Source: Callorhinchus milii (lineage: Eukaryota). Taken from it: 64,000 nucleotides of DNA. This document shows, in pieces, positions 50,501 to 64,000 of the stretch. The DNA is taken from positions 20,028,001-20,092,000 of the forward strand of contig NW_024704743.1 of assembly GCF_018977255.1 (NCBI RefSeq). Reading direction: 5' to 3'. The stretch's first letter is position 1. Every line of letters starts with the position of its first letter. Under the pieces are notes generated by a model. The model had not been told where the DNA came from. It did not search any database and worked only from the letters and a program-made list of their open reading frames with translations. Position numbers and translations under genes: made by a program.

Positions 50501-51687
50501 AAAACAAGATGCAGTAAAATATTTGACCCTCCTAGTACAGTCTGCTTCTGAAACAATCTAAAATCTGGCTGCTGCACTGCAGTGTAAGATCCAAAGTATA
50601 AACCTGACCACTCGAAACTGGAAGAAACCTAGTCCAGGGAATTGGTTTGATTCTGATTTTGTGGTGATCCAGGTGTAATGTGCTGGAATTGTAACCTGGT
50701 CTCAGATTCAGGACTAGGTGCCTTAAAGCCTTTCCCTTAAAACGTCATAACATTCTTTGACTTGACATTGCTCCCTTTAAATGCAGCACTTTGTTGGTGT
50801 TAAAACCACTTGCTGAGCACACTTGCTCTTTGACCTGACAACACAGTGGTACACGCAAACCAATTTATTCTGTCTTTTCGATTTATTTATATATACTCTA
50901 TTTCAATTTATTGTCAGTATTAGATTTTCACATTTTGAATAAATTGAATGTTTAATTTTATCGGTTATTTTTCTTTTTGAAGCACTTGTTTAGTATTTTA
51001 CATTTAAAAGCATTTTGTTGGCTTTGGTTGTGCCTGCTTCTACATACAGCTTCAACCAGGTCCATAGTTTTTGCCTGCAGGTTATAGTATTTTGCTCAAT
51101 GTGGTTCGTAAATATATCACTAGAAATTCTAAAACTGCTCACCTGTTGGATTCATCAAACAAGAGAAATACATGAATTGTAGTTTATGGAAACCTGTGGG
51201 AGGAAGCCTAAACAATGATATACATAAAGGAAATATTAGTTGTATGGTGATCAGCTTAGCAATGAAACTGACATAACTGACTGTCTAAGAATAATGCTTG
51301 CATTTGATATTAACACCTTATTGCATTGTTGAGATGTCTTAAAGCACTTCATAGGATATACTTTAAAGTGGATTGAGTGTGTATTTTGTGGACGAAACGT
51401 TAATACTGAATAAAATTAAACAATGTTGAACTGTTATGTGCACAACAAGATGTAATGCAGAGCAAAATATGTATTTAGATTCCAAAGATGCTGAGGTAGA
51501 TGCAACACATCATTGCACTATGATAGAACTAGCCAATTTGCCTACAAATATACAATCACTAAACACAATCACTGTGAAGTGCCTTGAGATGTTTCGCCGT
51601 GATAAGGCGCTATATCAAAAGGAAGGATTATTATCAACATGCAGCCGCATTATAATGTGGTTTTGGAGTCTGTAAAATCAATTCCCA

Positions 51688-52145
51688 TGTCAGCCAGCCT
51701 AGCTCATTTGGTGGGTCATTTGATAGCTCATTTGGTGGGTCTCACTTCTGAGTCAGAAGGTTGTAGGTTCAAGCACTCGTCAGGACTTTGAACTCACAGC
51801 TTAGGCTGCCACTTAAATGCAATGTTTGGGGGAGCACTGCATTGTTCACAGTGTCATCCTATGGACGAGACATTAAACCAAGGACCTATCTGTCTGTTCA
51901 GATGAACATTAAAGATCCCATGGCACAATGAAAATTATTACAGGTGATTCTGAAATCCTTTTCATTGCTTAGCTGAGGGTATGCATTTAAGCACGATTAG
52001 TTCATGTGCTGATGACCCATCCAGTGCACCATTTTGTGCAGGTTCACCTATTAAACACACAGTCACTTTATATCAAATCCTGTGAAGCGCTTTAAGATAT
52101 CCACACAGCATGAAAGGCAAAACATAGAATACAAGGATTATTATT
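51688..52145 (+). mobile_element. Deu-domain SINE, family B
   Basis: Head and aaagatcccatggcac core; short tandem duplication (tagctcatttggtgggtc x2) in the head. Confidence 0.75.
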
Positions 52146-54324
52146 ATATTTATATTGTTAGGCTCTTTTAATTAAAGTTTTGTTGTTACTGAATTTTAAT
52201 GCTTTTTTATAATGAGAGGAATTCTAGCTACAATCCCTGGAAGGCAATGAGTGTGTCAACTAACAAAGTTGTTTCAGAATCCAAAGAAAAAGCAGTGGAC
52301 AACAACAACAAAATTACATTTGTATAGTGCATATACAAACACTAGGAAGCAGTTCAAATAGCGCACAATGGGTATGGAATCACTTCTACTTTGCAAACAT
52401 ATTGCACATATGATATTTCAATCCAGTTTTGAGCTTCACTGTTGAATTCATTATAGTAATTGTAAAAAGAAACACAAATTCTGGAAAACAAATGACAGCA
52501 GGTAAATCAGCAACTGAATGAGAAACATTGGTTAACATTCTGGGTGTAACCCTTCAAACCAGCTGCAAAACAATGCTGTCCAATGCAATAATAAAAAGGG
52601 AAAAATAAATATCAAACATTTTTAGTGCATATTGTTGACTTTGTGCAATTGGCTGCTGCGTTTTGCCCACAAAATATACAGTCAATTCACTTTACAGTGT
52701 ATCCTGTGATGTCTCAATGATATGATAAGGCGCTATATCAAATGTAAGGAGTATTATAATAAGCAATACTATTACAATTACAATTTGCATTTATGCAGTG
52801 CCGTTTATGTCAGGAGGATGTCTAAATGCTTCATGAAAGATAACAATCCCATTAACTATAATGGTATGAATTGCAGAAAATTATCTAGACACACAGAAAT
52901 ATTAGGTCAGTTAATGTTTTCAGCTGTCGCTAAAACAAGATCAAGTGGGAAGCCATCATTCTTCACGCCACACATATTAAATTGTTTTGACAATTTATTC
53001 CCCTTTTCTCTCCGGTACCTCAGTGAAGTGGCCATTCTTCAAACCTACACCTAGACAGATTTTTTTTAGGTCAGCTGGGTGCCTGACACATGCGGAAACA
53101 CTTCACCATGCTTAAGAGTATCCAAACCAAACTGAAAAGTTCCATGCTTCCCACCCACACATGGAAATTCCAGAGATGTTTATTGGAATGCAATGTGCAC
53201 TCTCTCCTTAGAGGGACACATACTGCTTACCTAATTCCGGAGGGTGTTAGGCACAATTTAGCAAGAGCTCAGGCTTAGCGGCCCCCGAGTGTACATCGGG
53301 GTATTATTGGTGTCTTGGTTTCACCACAGGCTTTTAAACCATTCTCCATCTGACCTCTATTTCATTTAAGCCCGACACTTTTCAGTTTCACACATAGCCA
53401 CTAGTAATACATTAAAGAGCCTATAACCAGTTTGTACACTCATACCACATTTGCTGTGTTGATTATCGACTATGTATGTATTTTACTTATTTATTTTATT
53501 TAACCCTGTATTTTTTGCAGGATTTTATTAAAGAATAGACGTTGATCCCTCTCGTTGTTGATTAGCAAAGTATTCTATTGTTTGCCAGAGGCAGTCATTT
53601 TCCTCACCTTCCTTGGGTTGGTTTGTAACACCATTAAAATGTTAAAAAGTACGTGGAACATGTTGTGCAAAGTAATTTGATCCAAAAAGCTTTTGTGGAT
53701 TTAAGGCACCATGTGTCCCAGTAATTTGACAGCATGAGTTTACGCACAAACTCATGGCAATTTTGAATCCCAGGAAGTCTTTCATTTAATTCACGGTTGT
53801 ATCCTATGTAATCTAAAAATCATGAATACAAGGGTAGATGTTAAAGACTTTTTTTTAAAAAAAACTCCAGTGCCACATAATGTTCTTGTTTAATTTTCTC
53901 ACTAGATTAAATAAACTGATTAAAAGTATCAAATTCCTCCCCCAAAAAAACTTTGGTTATGCAAAAAGACCATAAATCTCATGAATGAACTGCAATTCAC
54001 ATTTGTTTCCAGGTGGATAGCTTATATTTATGTAACTTGTTAGAAACCCCTTGCTTTGCCTACTTTGACTTCCACTGTCTCCCGTTAACTACAAAGGGAA
54101 AACCTACCAAGTATTTATTGCAAACTGAAAATGATAGTTCTGCCTCTAATATTATCCTTGTCAACTTCCACAGCTTGAGCACTTGCTACACTGTGGGTAT
54201 TTTAAACATGCTGAATAGAACAGTAAATTGATTTTCCCTTAGTGAAAGCAGCACAATAAGGTTGCTATGTGTGGTGTAAGGACACTACCATTGCTGCTCC
54301 AGGCACACAGTCTGAGCCAACGAT

Positions 54325-54640
54325 TCCTGTAGCGTTGGCATTAGGACGCTCACCTCACTGGGTTTGATTCCCGGACAGGCCAAAACTTTAGGTAAGTTTC
54401 CTTACTCCACACACCTCTGTTTACCTAGCAGTAAGTGGAACCCAGTTGTTGGTCAATTGTCAGATAACTTTCCAGTGGTAATAATCCCTCCCAAAAAAAC
54501 ACTCAATCCACATCTCATTGTGGGACACTGCTGTGCGCAATTGGCTGCCAAGTTTCACCCACAAATACAGTCGATCCACTTTCCAATATATTCTGTGAAG
54601 CACTTTATCGTCTCAACGATTTCAAATGCAAGAATTATTA
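54325..54640 (+). mobile_element. tRNA-derived SINE, family A
   Basis: aagtttccttactccacacacctctgtttacctagcagtaag internal block. Confidence 0.8.
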
Positions 54641-55629
54641 TTTTTCCCAGACCAAATTCCTGATCTGTCCATGGTATGCCAAAGTGGATATCATTTTTGG
54701 CTCAACCAGATCAAAGCAGAAACCCATCAACATGCTTAACAGTATTAAACCAGAATGAGTTTGTCAATACACATGGAAATGTCCTTGTGTCTGGAATGGA
54801 GTACTTACTTTCTCCCTGAAGGGATGCACCCTGCTTATCTAATTCCAGAATGTATTAGGCCCAGGTTGGTGAGACAGAAGGCTACAAGACCCCAGTGTGT
54901 GTGTGTTGGAGTACCGCTGGAGTTTGATTAGGTAAAACCACACAGCTTGCCTTTGAGAGCACTGAGGTCAGGCAAGCTTCCCATTGCTTACCCGGCTAGA
55001 ATCACCCTACCTGTTCGGCTTTGGTTTTCAAGATAAATAGCAGCCAATTTTGAAAAATCTCCGCCCCTCGAAATCCAGGCTGCTTTGTCATCAGCAATGC
55101 CTTGATGTATTGCAAACCCACCTGGCTCAGGAAATGGACAACTGAGACTGCCAAAGAGGGATGACTTGAGTGACTCAAGGCAATTTTCCCTCCTAAAAGG
55201 AAAGAAGTGAATAATTGAAGGCAATTCACCCTATATTAATCTTGCACTTGCCCTTAAACTCAGCTAAAGAGATGCACTGGCAGAGGTACATGATGCTGAA
55301 AAGTTTAACATGTAATTAGCAGAAAGAATGTAGTTTATGCTGAGTCATCTGATCTCCATGTTAGGTTAATACCTCAGTGTCCCAATGCTAGACATGGAAA
55401 AATTAACCAGGGCTCCTACTCTATTGATCCCTGTGGAGAATGCATATAACAATCTTACCATTCAATATTTCACGTTGGGAGGTCATCTCAAAGTGCTTTA
55501 AAGGATTTACTGTAAAGTGTAGTGACTGCATTGTTTAAAAGAATACAGAAGCCAATTTGCACAGCAATGTCCCATAAACAGCTATGAAGTGAAAGTGCCA
55601 ATTTTATATTGGGAATTGTTGGCTATAGC

Positions 55630-57430
55630 AACATCATCATCATTACATTTATAGAGTACCTTTCACGTCACAAGGCGCTGGACAGTCAGGGATCAGGACC
55701 CAAGCACAGGGGTGGGGTGGGAAGGCAGAGAGGTGGGAGGGTGACTGAAGGCGCAATTGAAGAGGAGGGTCTTGAGACCAGCCTTGAAGGAGGCAAGGGA
55801 GGAAGCAAGGCAAAGGGACCGTGGGTGAAATTCCAGAGTGTGGGGGCAGAGAGGCTGAAAGCTCGGCCACCGATTGTAGGGTGGTTCAGGCGGGAGACAT
55901 GGAACAGGCCGGGCAGGTTTGTAGGGAGTCAGCAGGTCAGAGAGGTAGGAGGGGACAAGGCCATGGGTGGCCTTGAAAGTGAGATTGAGGATCTTGAATT
56001 CAATCCTCTGGGGGATGGGGAGCCAGTGGAGTCGGGCAAGGGTGGGAGTAATGGGGTCACCAAGCCTGGTGTGTGAGAGTACACAAGCTGCAGAGTTTTG
56101 GATGATCTGTAACTTGTGAAGGGAAGAGTTGGGAAGGCCGATGAGGAGGGAGTTTCCATAATCGAGCCTTGATGTGACGAATCTGAGGGTAAGGGTTTCG
56201 GCTGCCTGAGGGGTGAGGCAGTGGCGGAGTCTGGCAATGTTGCGGAGGTGGTGGTAGGCAGTGCCGGTCGTGGCGCGAATGTGGGGGAGAAAGGACAGTT
56301 CAGGGTCGAACAAGATACCCAGGTTCCTGACTGGCTTAGTGAGGTTGAGTGTGCAGCCGTGGATGCTGATGCTGCCAGCGCCCGAGGTGCGGAGGTGCTG
56401 GTGCAAGCTAAACAGGAGGGCCTCGGTCTTGCTGACGTTGAGTTGGAGAAAGGTGTCCCTCGTCCAGGACTTAATGTTGGACAGACAGTCAGTCTGGACG
56501 CCAGTAGTCCTGGAGGCAGAAAGATAGAGTTGGGTGTCATCAGCATAAATGTGGAAATTTACCCCATGTCTGTGGATGATGTCACCAAGGGGGAGCATGT
56601 AGAGGGTGCCAAGGAATGGACCGAGGACAGAGCCCTGAGGAACGCCACATAAGACGGTGCGGGGGCTGGAGGAGAAGCCATTTGCAGAGACGAAGTGGAG
56701 GCGGTGTGAAAGGTAGGACCTGAAACAGTCAAGGACAGAATCCTGAAGGTTGAGGTGGGAGGAGAGGCGGTGGAGGAGGATTGAGTGGTCCACGGTATCA
56801 AAAGCGAAGGAGAGGACGAGGAGGCAGAGGGAGCCCTGGTCACACATGGTCAGGATGTCATTTGTGACCTTGACCAGAGCAGTTTCTGAAACCCAATTGG
56901 AGGGGCTCATGGAAGGAGTGGGAGGAGAAGAAAGAGCGAAGCTGGGAGGCAATGGCTCTCTCAAGGACCTTAGACAGAAAAGGGAGGTGAGAGATGGGCT
57001 GGTAGCTGGGATGAGTCAAGGGAAAGTTTCTTCAAGGTGGGGGTGATAGGGGCTGTTTTGAGGGGGGTAGGAACAATGCCAGATGACAGGGAGAGGTTAA
57101 TGATGTCGGCGAGTAGTGGGGCAAGGAGGTGGAGCTGGGATCTAAGGAGAAGGGTGGGAATGGGGTTCAGGGAACAGGTGGTGATCTTCATGGAGGATAT
57201 GGTGGTGATGACAGAGGAGGGGTGACAGGTTCAAAGGTGAGGAAGGAGGGATGGGTATTGGTTGGAGTGTGGGGGTTGAGGGAGTAGGGAAGGTGTGGAA
57301 GTTGGGAGGGCAGTGGCAACCGAGCGGATTCCCTCGATTTTGGACTCGAAGAAGTCCAGCATTTCTTCGCAGTGGGAGTCAGAGGAAAGAATCTGCAAGG
57401 CATGGCAGGGAGGGTGGAGGAGCCAGTTGG
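55630..57430 (-). mobile_element. L2-clade LINE fragment with a 423-aa ORF2 RT remnant
   Basis: ORF 55693-56964: [40 protein letters not shown]. Confidence 0.95.
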
Positions 57431-58469
57431 TGGTGGGACAATATGTGTGGATATCAATTGATTATAGCCTCAAGCTCTGCTGTACTGTCAAAATGCTTGC
57501 AGTATCCATTGACTAGATTTATGCACGACATTTCACACTAGAAACACCAGATAAAAATCAGGAGCAGAAAATCTGCCTGATGTTTTTTTTCTTTCCCTAA
57601 TCAAAAATGTTTAGGTCAATGTTTAGGGTTCTTGTGGGATGGGTGTCCTGGAAGGATGAGATCAGATGGATCAAAGAGCCACCTTCATGCAAACTGATCT
57701 TGTGACTAGCAGAGAGCTATATTGAGCCATTGAGGAAGCTATGAGCCTCAGCACCTCTTATCTGCCCACCAAAACAACAACAAGATTACATTTGTGTAGT
57801 GCCTTTCACGTCGGGAGGATGTCCCAAGGCGCTGAACTGGACAGCAAGCCATGTTTACGTTGGGAGTCTGTGAGAGCACTGCATTTTGAAGGAACCATCA
57901 ATACCTTCTAATGTGGACGGAGGATTCATTCCAAACAGGAAGAAAGAACAAAATGTCATATTGGATGAGCTGCTGAACACTCTGAACACTCTGAACTATT
58001 TCTCAGGATGAAAATAATTGATTATAATAAGTATGTTTCCTTGACGCAACATCTATGTTGAGATATCTCAGACCAAAGTGCATTGACCCAATCTGTTTCT
58101 TTGTTGTCTGCTTTTTTTCTCTTTCCGTGCTTGTTATACCACTGCCTAAATAGTGGTGGTCAGCTCTGCTCAAGACATGGTTGACAGGATAACAGAATTG
58201 CACAATTGAGCAGACAGGTTTTATGCTATATTGATGGATGAAAAGTGATTAACTTTGTTAAGAGAGATTGACTGTGATATTTCCCTCACATCTATAAGAG
58301 TTGCAAACTTTCATTGGCTCCATGAGCTTGCTACACTGGGCAAATCATTAATGGTGATTGTTTAAAAGAAAGTAGATCTGTGAAAGTCCTTAAGACAGCT
58401 CAGAAGCCAGCCGGGTTAGAGTGAGATTTATATGCTTTAACAATTTGTGGTTATTGTTACTGGTTTTGG

Positions 58470-59075
58470 ACCTCCAGAACTCCCTGCCTCAATTGCTGTA
58501 CCCTCTTTATCTATTATTAAAATCCCTCCTTAAGATGTACATCTTTGACCGCACCTCTGATCATTCCCCTTTCTCCACCCCATCTCCTTGCTCAGGGTCA
58601 ACCACCCCTACCCTCATCATGCAGCGCTCCAAGACTCCACCCTGCGTGAAGGGTGCTCACCTTCAAAGCCGTCCATGGCCTCGCTCCCCCCTACCTCTGC
58701 GACCTCCTAAACCCTTACCATCCTGCTTGCTCCCTCCGCTCAGTGGGCTCCGGCCTGCTTCACAATCCCCACCTCACCTGCCCTGACATTGGCGGGTGGG
58801 CCTTCAGCCACTCTGGCTCCACCCTCTGAAACTCCATCACGGAGTCCCTCCACCTCACCCACTCCATTGCCTCCTTCAAAACCCATCTCAAGACCCTTCT
58901 CGTCAACTGTGTTTTCGATCACCCTGTTTCCTCCCCTCCCCCCCACTCTCCCCAATCCCGAACCCGCAGCTTGGATCCGAAACACTGACTGTCCAGCGCC
59001 TTGGGACGTCCTCCCAACATGAAAGGCACCATACAAATGTAATTTTGATGATGTTGTTGCTATATAAATGCAAGT
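58470..59075 (+). mobile_element. Two adjacent L2 3' fragments
   Basis: ttcaaagccgtccatggcctcgctcccc ... cgccttgggacgtcctcccaacatgaaaggcacc tail. Confidence 0.8.
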
Positions 59076-59494
59076 TGCTGTTTTTTAAGAGGTAGAATGT
59101 TGATTGTGGGGGAAGGAACTGCGCCCAGGAAGAAATAAAAGTGGGAAACAAAAGTTGGCTCAGCCTCAACATGGAAAGTAATACTCCTTAAGCCATATCC
59201 AAAAGAAAGTCCAGTTAGTATTTAATATTTTATCCAGCAGGGTAATGTGAGTCTTATTATTGTCACAGTCAACCTTCTGCCCCTCTCCTCCCATCCCCCA
59301 TCTCCTGTATACTAACTGGCCCTGAACCAAATCTGCACCTCTAATGATGAAAAATTGAAGGGCGAGACAGCTTTGGAAAATTTATTTTCCATGATTCTTT
59401 ATTTATACTCTCTTATTTCTCTTTGCTTCTATTTTATTCAAGCTTGGGGCTGGGTCGGTATTCCACAAGCCAACATAAAATAAAATACATTAGA

Positions 59495-59835
59495 ATACAT
59501 TAGAATATGTAGCACAGAAACAGGCCATTCGTCCCAACTGGTCTATGCCAGTGTTTATGCTCCACATGAGCCTCTGCCTGTCCTTCCTCAATTAAGAACA
59601 TAAGAATTAGGAGCAGGAGTAGGCCATTCGGCCCCTCGAGCCTGCCCCGCCATTTGATAAGATCATTGCTGATCTTCAGACCTAACTCTAATTACCTGCC
59701 CTATCCCCATATCCCCTAATCCCTCTGTTTTTTAAAAATCTATCAGTCTCAACCTTAAAGATGTTCAAGGACTGAGCATCTACAGCCTTCTGGGATAGTG
59801 AATTCTATAAATTCACTACCCTCTGAGTGTAGAAC
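59495..59835 (-). mobile_element. Two adjacent CR1 LINE 3' ends
   Basis: aagaacataagaattaggagcaggagtaggccattcggcccctcgagcc and cacagaaacaggccattcgtccca resemble typical fish/shark CR1 3' termini in reverse orientation. Confidence 0.7.
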
Positions 59836-59944
59836 CTTCAAGCATTCAAGCATAACCTTCTAGCCCTTGGAAGTGTATACTGAGCTTGAAGATATTTAAT
59901 ATAATTTTTTATTTAATTAAATATTTAATTTAATTTTTCACTCT

Positions 59945-60320
59945 CATCTCACCAGTTCTGGCCAGGCTCCACTGGCTCCCATCACCAAACGGATCGACTA
60001 CAATTGGGACACTGAGGTATTAACCTCACACTCGTGTTCAAATGCCTTCACTCCCTGGCACCTTCATACCTTTCTGACCTCCTCACTCCCCAATCCACCA
60101 CCCGGTGCCTCCGCTCGACTGGCACCGGCCTCCTGCTCGTCCCTCACACCCTCCACTCCACCATTGGAGGTCGCGCTTTCAGCCACTACGCCCCAATACT
60201 CTTAAACACTCGCCCTCAATCCCTCTGCCTTGCCCCCTCTCTCCCCTTTTTCAAGTCCACCTGAAAACCTTCCTTTTCAACCTTGCTTACGGTCACCTCC
60301 CCACCCCTTTGGCTCAGAGT
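59945..60320 (+). mobile_element. L2 3' fragment, second subfamily
   Basis: FKCLHSLAPSYLSDLL...TIGGRAFSHYAP. Confidence 0.85.
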
Positions 60321-60703
60321 CAGTGAAAGTATCACTGATTTGTAAATGATGCTTACCTTTGGGGGAAAAAATCATATACAGTATCTAAAAGCTATGTCAC
60401 TCATGCCTGCCTCTTGTATCTTTTCTTTGTGGTCTTTTTTATTTTATTGTTTTGTGTTAAGGTTCTGGTTTCTTTAATAAAAAGGAAAATTGGTGTGTAA
60501 AAAAAAAAGAAAACTCAGGCCTCTACATGGCATTCTTAACAAATACAGTGTTCTGCAAAGCCTATAGACACCCAATAATTAAATACTGTGTTGTACTATT
60601 GCATTACCTGATCTTGAAACTTATCTACTTGATGAATAATTAAGATTATTCAGAGTTTTACAAAATTCTTAATTTGCAAGCTAGTTTTCTATAGGGATCT
60701 ATT

Positions 60704-61040
60704 GGAGTCCTGTAGCAGGTTCGACTCAAGTCAGAGGACCCAGGTTCGATTCCCCGGCAGGGTGAAACTAAGGCAAATTTCCTTATTCCACACGCCTCTG
60801 TTTACCTAGCAGTAAGTAGGAACCTGGTTGTTCGTCGATTGTCGGATCGTTTTCCGGAGGTAAAATTCCCTCCAAAAATAAATAATAATAATAATTTGGT
60901 CACTCAATGCTCAACTGTTTGTGGGACACTGCTGTGCGTAATTGGCTGCCACGTTTCGCCCACAAAACGCACGGTCAATTCACTTTACAGTATATTTTGT
61001 GAAGTGCTTTGAGACTGATAAAATGCAAGGATTATTATCA
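60704..61040 (+). mobile_element. tRNA-derived SINE, family A
   Basis: ggagtcctgtagc head, B box GGTTCGATTCC, same internal block and tail. Confidence 0.85.
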
Positions 61041-62257
61041 GTATTATTAAAAGGACCTGTGGAAAATAGGCACTTCCGTGAACGGAACTATACAAATGTA
61101 ATTTTGTTGTTATTCCTTAAATCTGAATTTAGGAATTTTTCAAAACTCCACAGAATCTTACATTTTAAGGTGATGGTCCTAAGGCTCAGACCTCGAGAAC
61201 TTTCAGGCCTCGAGTCTCTATTCAACAGCTACCTAAATGTTTTTTTCCCCAACAAGTAATTTTTTGGCATGCCTCATAATGTTTTGCGAACTCTGTGTAC
61301 TGGAAATATAGAAAACAATGGCTTTACGCTACTTCTTACATGGTCAAGGTTTCAAAGCTTCATTTCATTCAACAGAAGTTCCTAACAATCCAAGCAGTGC
61401 AAGTGTTATGTCCTTCATATCCTTTGTTTAGTCCCCCTGTTGCACAAATTCCTCACCCCAAATGTAATCATCTGTAGTTGTGCTTTAGTTGTCATAATAA
61501 TGGTGTGCAGCAACAATCTATTATTGCCCAGATTGCCCTCCAATTTATTTTTTTGTTAAAATTGGTTACAATGTCAATGCACGTATGAACAAATGCTTAG
61601 GATGCTGAGTGTGTTGTTTCGTGCAGACATTCCTGATCTTCTGAAAGTATTACATTTTCTGTTTAAAGATAATGACATTTCTGCAGAGTGGCTCATTTGA
61701 AGGTATGCTGTCCTGCAGCAAAATGGCGGGGGTTGGTTGAGACCCTCACACTGAGAGGGCACGTTCAATAGGTTGTGTGAGATGATGGGCCAATGTGCAC
61801 AGAAATCACACCCTGCAGGGGATTTGCATTTCATTGAACATTTTCTTTCTATCTGATCTAGAAAACTGATAGCTGGCTGTACAAATGGAAAACTACATTA
61901 GGCTCATGGTGCTATTATGCGGGCCACAATTACGATCACAGTGACAATTGGCAGTGCTGTAATCTACAGTTACTGTAGTCTAAAAGGAGGCCAAACCTGT
62001 TATCAACACCATGGAAGGAGAGCTATTGTGTTCCTGTCTTTTCATAGTGTTTCCTAAGAAACTTCCACACTATGATTTCCAGTACAAATACTGAAGAATG
62101 GCAAACGGTACTTGCTAACAATTTCCGATAAGGACAATGCTGTATTGTTATTGGAATACATCATCTTGAACACAAGTGTTCCTCATTCACTCTTTCTACA
62201 ACAAATGATTTTGAAAAACATGATGCATCTACAAAGCAACAACTTTTAAATATATGT

Positions 62258-62940
62258 AATAATCCTTGTATTTGCCTTCTCAGCATCTCAAAGCAATTCA
62301 CAGAATTTACTGTGAAGTGCAATGACTATTTGTAAGTAAACACAACTGCCAATTTGCCCACAGCAATATCTCCCAAACAGCTATGAGATGAATGTCCAGT
62401 TTTATCAGGGGGATTGTGGACCGACACCAGGAAAAATTTCCTTCTCTTTTCAAATAGTCATGGGATCATTGACATCCACCTGAACAGATAGACAGGTTTA
62501 ATGACTCATCTGAAGGACAGCACCTTTGACAATGCAGCACTCCCATAGCATTGCACTGAAGTGATACAATACGATACAAAGTTACATTTGTGAAGCGCCT
62601 TTCACCTCGGGAGGACATCCCAAAGCACTGAACAGTCAGGGATTAGGACCTGAGCAGGTGGTCGAGGGGGGCGGTTGGGATCAGGGAGGGTGGAGGGCAG
62701 AGAGGATAGGAGGGTGGCTGAAGGCACGGTCGCAGAGGAGGGCCTTGATGCGTGGCTTGAAGGAGACGAGGGAGGGAGCGAGGTGGAGGGAAGACGGGAT
62801 GGAGTTCCAGATGGTGGGGGCAGAGAGGCTGAAGGCCCAACCACCGATGGTGATATGAGTTCCAAGTCCCATTGTGAGGCTTCAACCCACAACCTTCTGA
62901 CTCAGAGTCAAGAGTGCTACCAACTGGACCGGGCTGACAA
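62258..62940 (-). mobile_element. Deu-domain SINE split by an L2 fragment
   Basis: Core at about 62440-62560, head at about 62855-62940. Confidence 0.75.
62578..62853 (-). mobile_element. L2 3' fragment inserted into a Deu-type SINE
   Basis: TIGGWAFSLSAPTIWNSIP; SINE parts lie on both sides. Confidence 0.85.
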
Positions 62941-64000
62941 AGCTAAATATATTGAGACTAGCAGTACATGTTCAGCTACCCTTGCAACCAAAGGATCCAA
63001 TATGGAATGTAGATTGACACACAGACAGACATTTCATCTTTCTCTATTCTCATCTGGGAGGACTCAGTGGGAGGACTCGGTGCTTTAAAAATTAAATTTT
63101 GTTGTTGTTGTTGCCGCACTTTAGCTTCGTCTGTTCTTTATTTTGTTCCCGCCGCTTGGCTCTGTGCCACAGTTAGCCGACGCAGCCACCAGACGTAACT
63201 GCAGTGTGTGCGTACATACGTAGGTGCTCTGTGACGCACGATGCCACAGCCCCACTTTGACTCGAGAGCCACCAAGTGTAACTGCAGCAAAAAAACACAA
63301 ACCTGAAAATAGCTTATGAACGATAGGAGATACCTGACAACAAATATGCCCATGTCACTCCCAGTAGCAAGAACTTTCCGATGAGATATACATCACCTAT
63401 CTACTTCAATCGGTTAATGAGATCCGTCTTGAAGTACCGACAGACATTGTTGTTTTATTAGTATAAGATAGATAGAAGAAGATAGATGATGAGTTATTTG
63501 GCTTTGCAAGAATAGTTTTTCTGCAACAAACAATGGGATAATAAGCAGACAATTATAGCTTTCCCCTAGAGGCACATTGAAAACTCACATTGTCCACCAA
63601 AGTTACATTTAAGAGAAAGTCTGGTTACGATTTTCAATTTTCAAATGTTATCCCTGTGCAAAGAATGCTTCAAACCCATTAAACTAATCTTGCAAAGCTG
63701 TGATGAAAGCTCCTTCTATTGTATTATAATCTGAAAAGTGTTCATCAATTTATAGAGCCATTTTTCCAAAAGAAACATAAGAATGTGACAAGAGAGGAAG
63801 CTTTTATCTTTCATGGGAATGTGGTTAAAAGTAGAATGATTTTTTNACATTTCTACATTCATAGGAATGCCCCACTGCTTAAAAGAGCATGGCTGTAATT
63901 TCACCCCCACTGCTCATAATTCATATAATAATAATGGTTCTTCCTGTGATATAATGCTTTATCATGTCGTAAAGATGTCTCAAAATGCTTCACGGGATTT

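Noticed and set aside
55693..56964. 423-aa RT ORF as an active or domesticated gene
   Set aside because: Truncated L2 ORF2 with internal deletions, no endonuclease domain and frameshifted ends.
63846..63846. Single N base
   Set aside because: Assembly ambiguity, not biological.

Overview
Vertebrate genomic DNA, AT-rich and repeat-rich. The repeat complement (Deu-domain SINEs, L2 and CR1 LINEs, a palindromic Penelope-type element) suggests a cartilaginous fish, possibly a chimaera; this is inference. One host gene is visible: coding exons 1 (9266-9334) and 2 (7003-7097) of a minus-strand LASP-family LIM gene, either NEBL/LIM-nebulette (LASP2) or LASP1. Exon 2 is absent from the ORF track. A GC-rich candidate promoter lies at about 10.0-10.2 kb among long simple repeats. 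I found no recognisable host gene in the ~54 kb upstream. Most notable: (1) a TSD-flanked hairpin element with two back-to-back hammerhead-ribozyme cores (23.7-23.9 kb); (2) a near-identical 1.16-kb inverted duplication whose left copy splits an L2 LINE; (3) mutually complementary CA/TG tracts bracketing exon 1; (4) a repeated GTGCACGCGC motif in the promoter; (5) a probable decayed Gypsy pol/integrase remnant; (6) two L2 copies sharing one frameshift; (7) divergent CTCF-like sites. Family names come from recalled consensus motifs, not database searches, and repeat boundaries are approximate.
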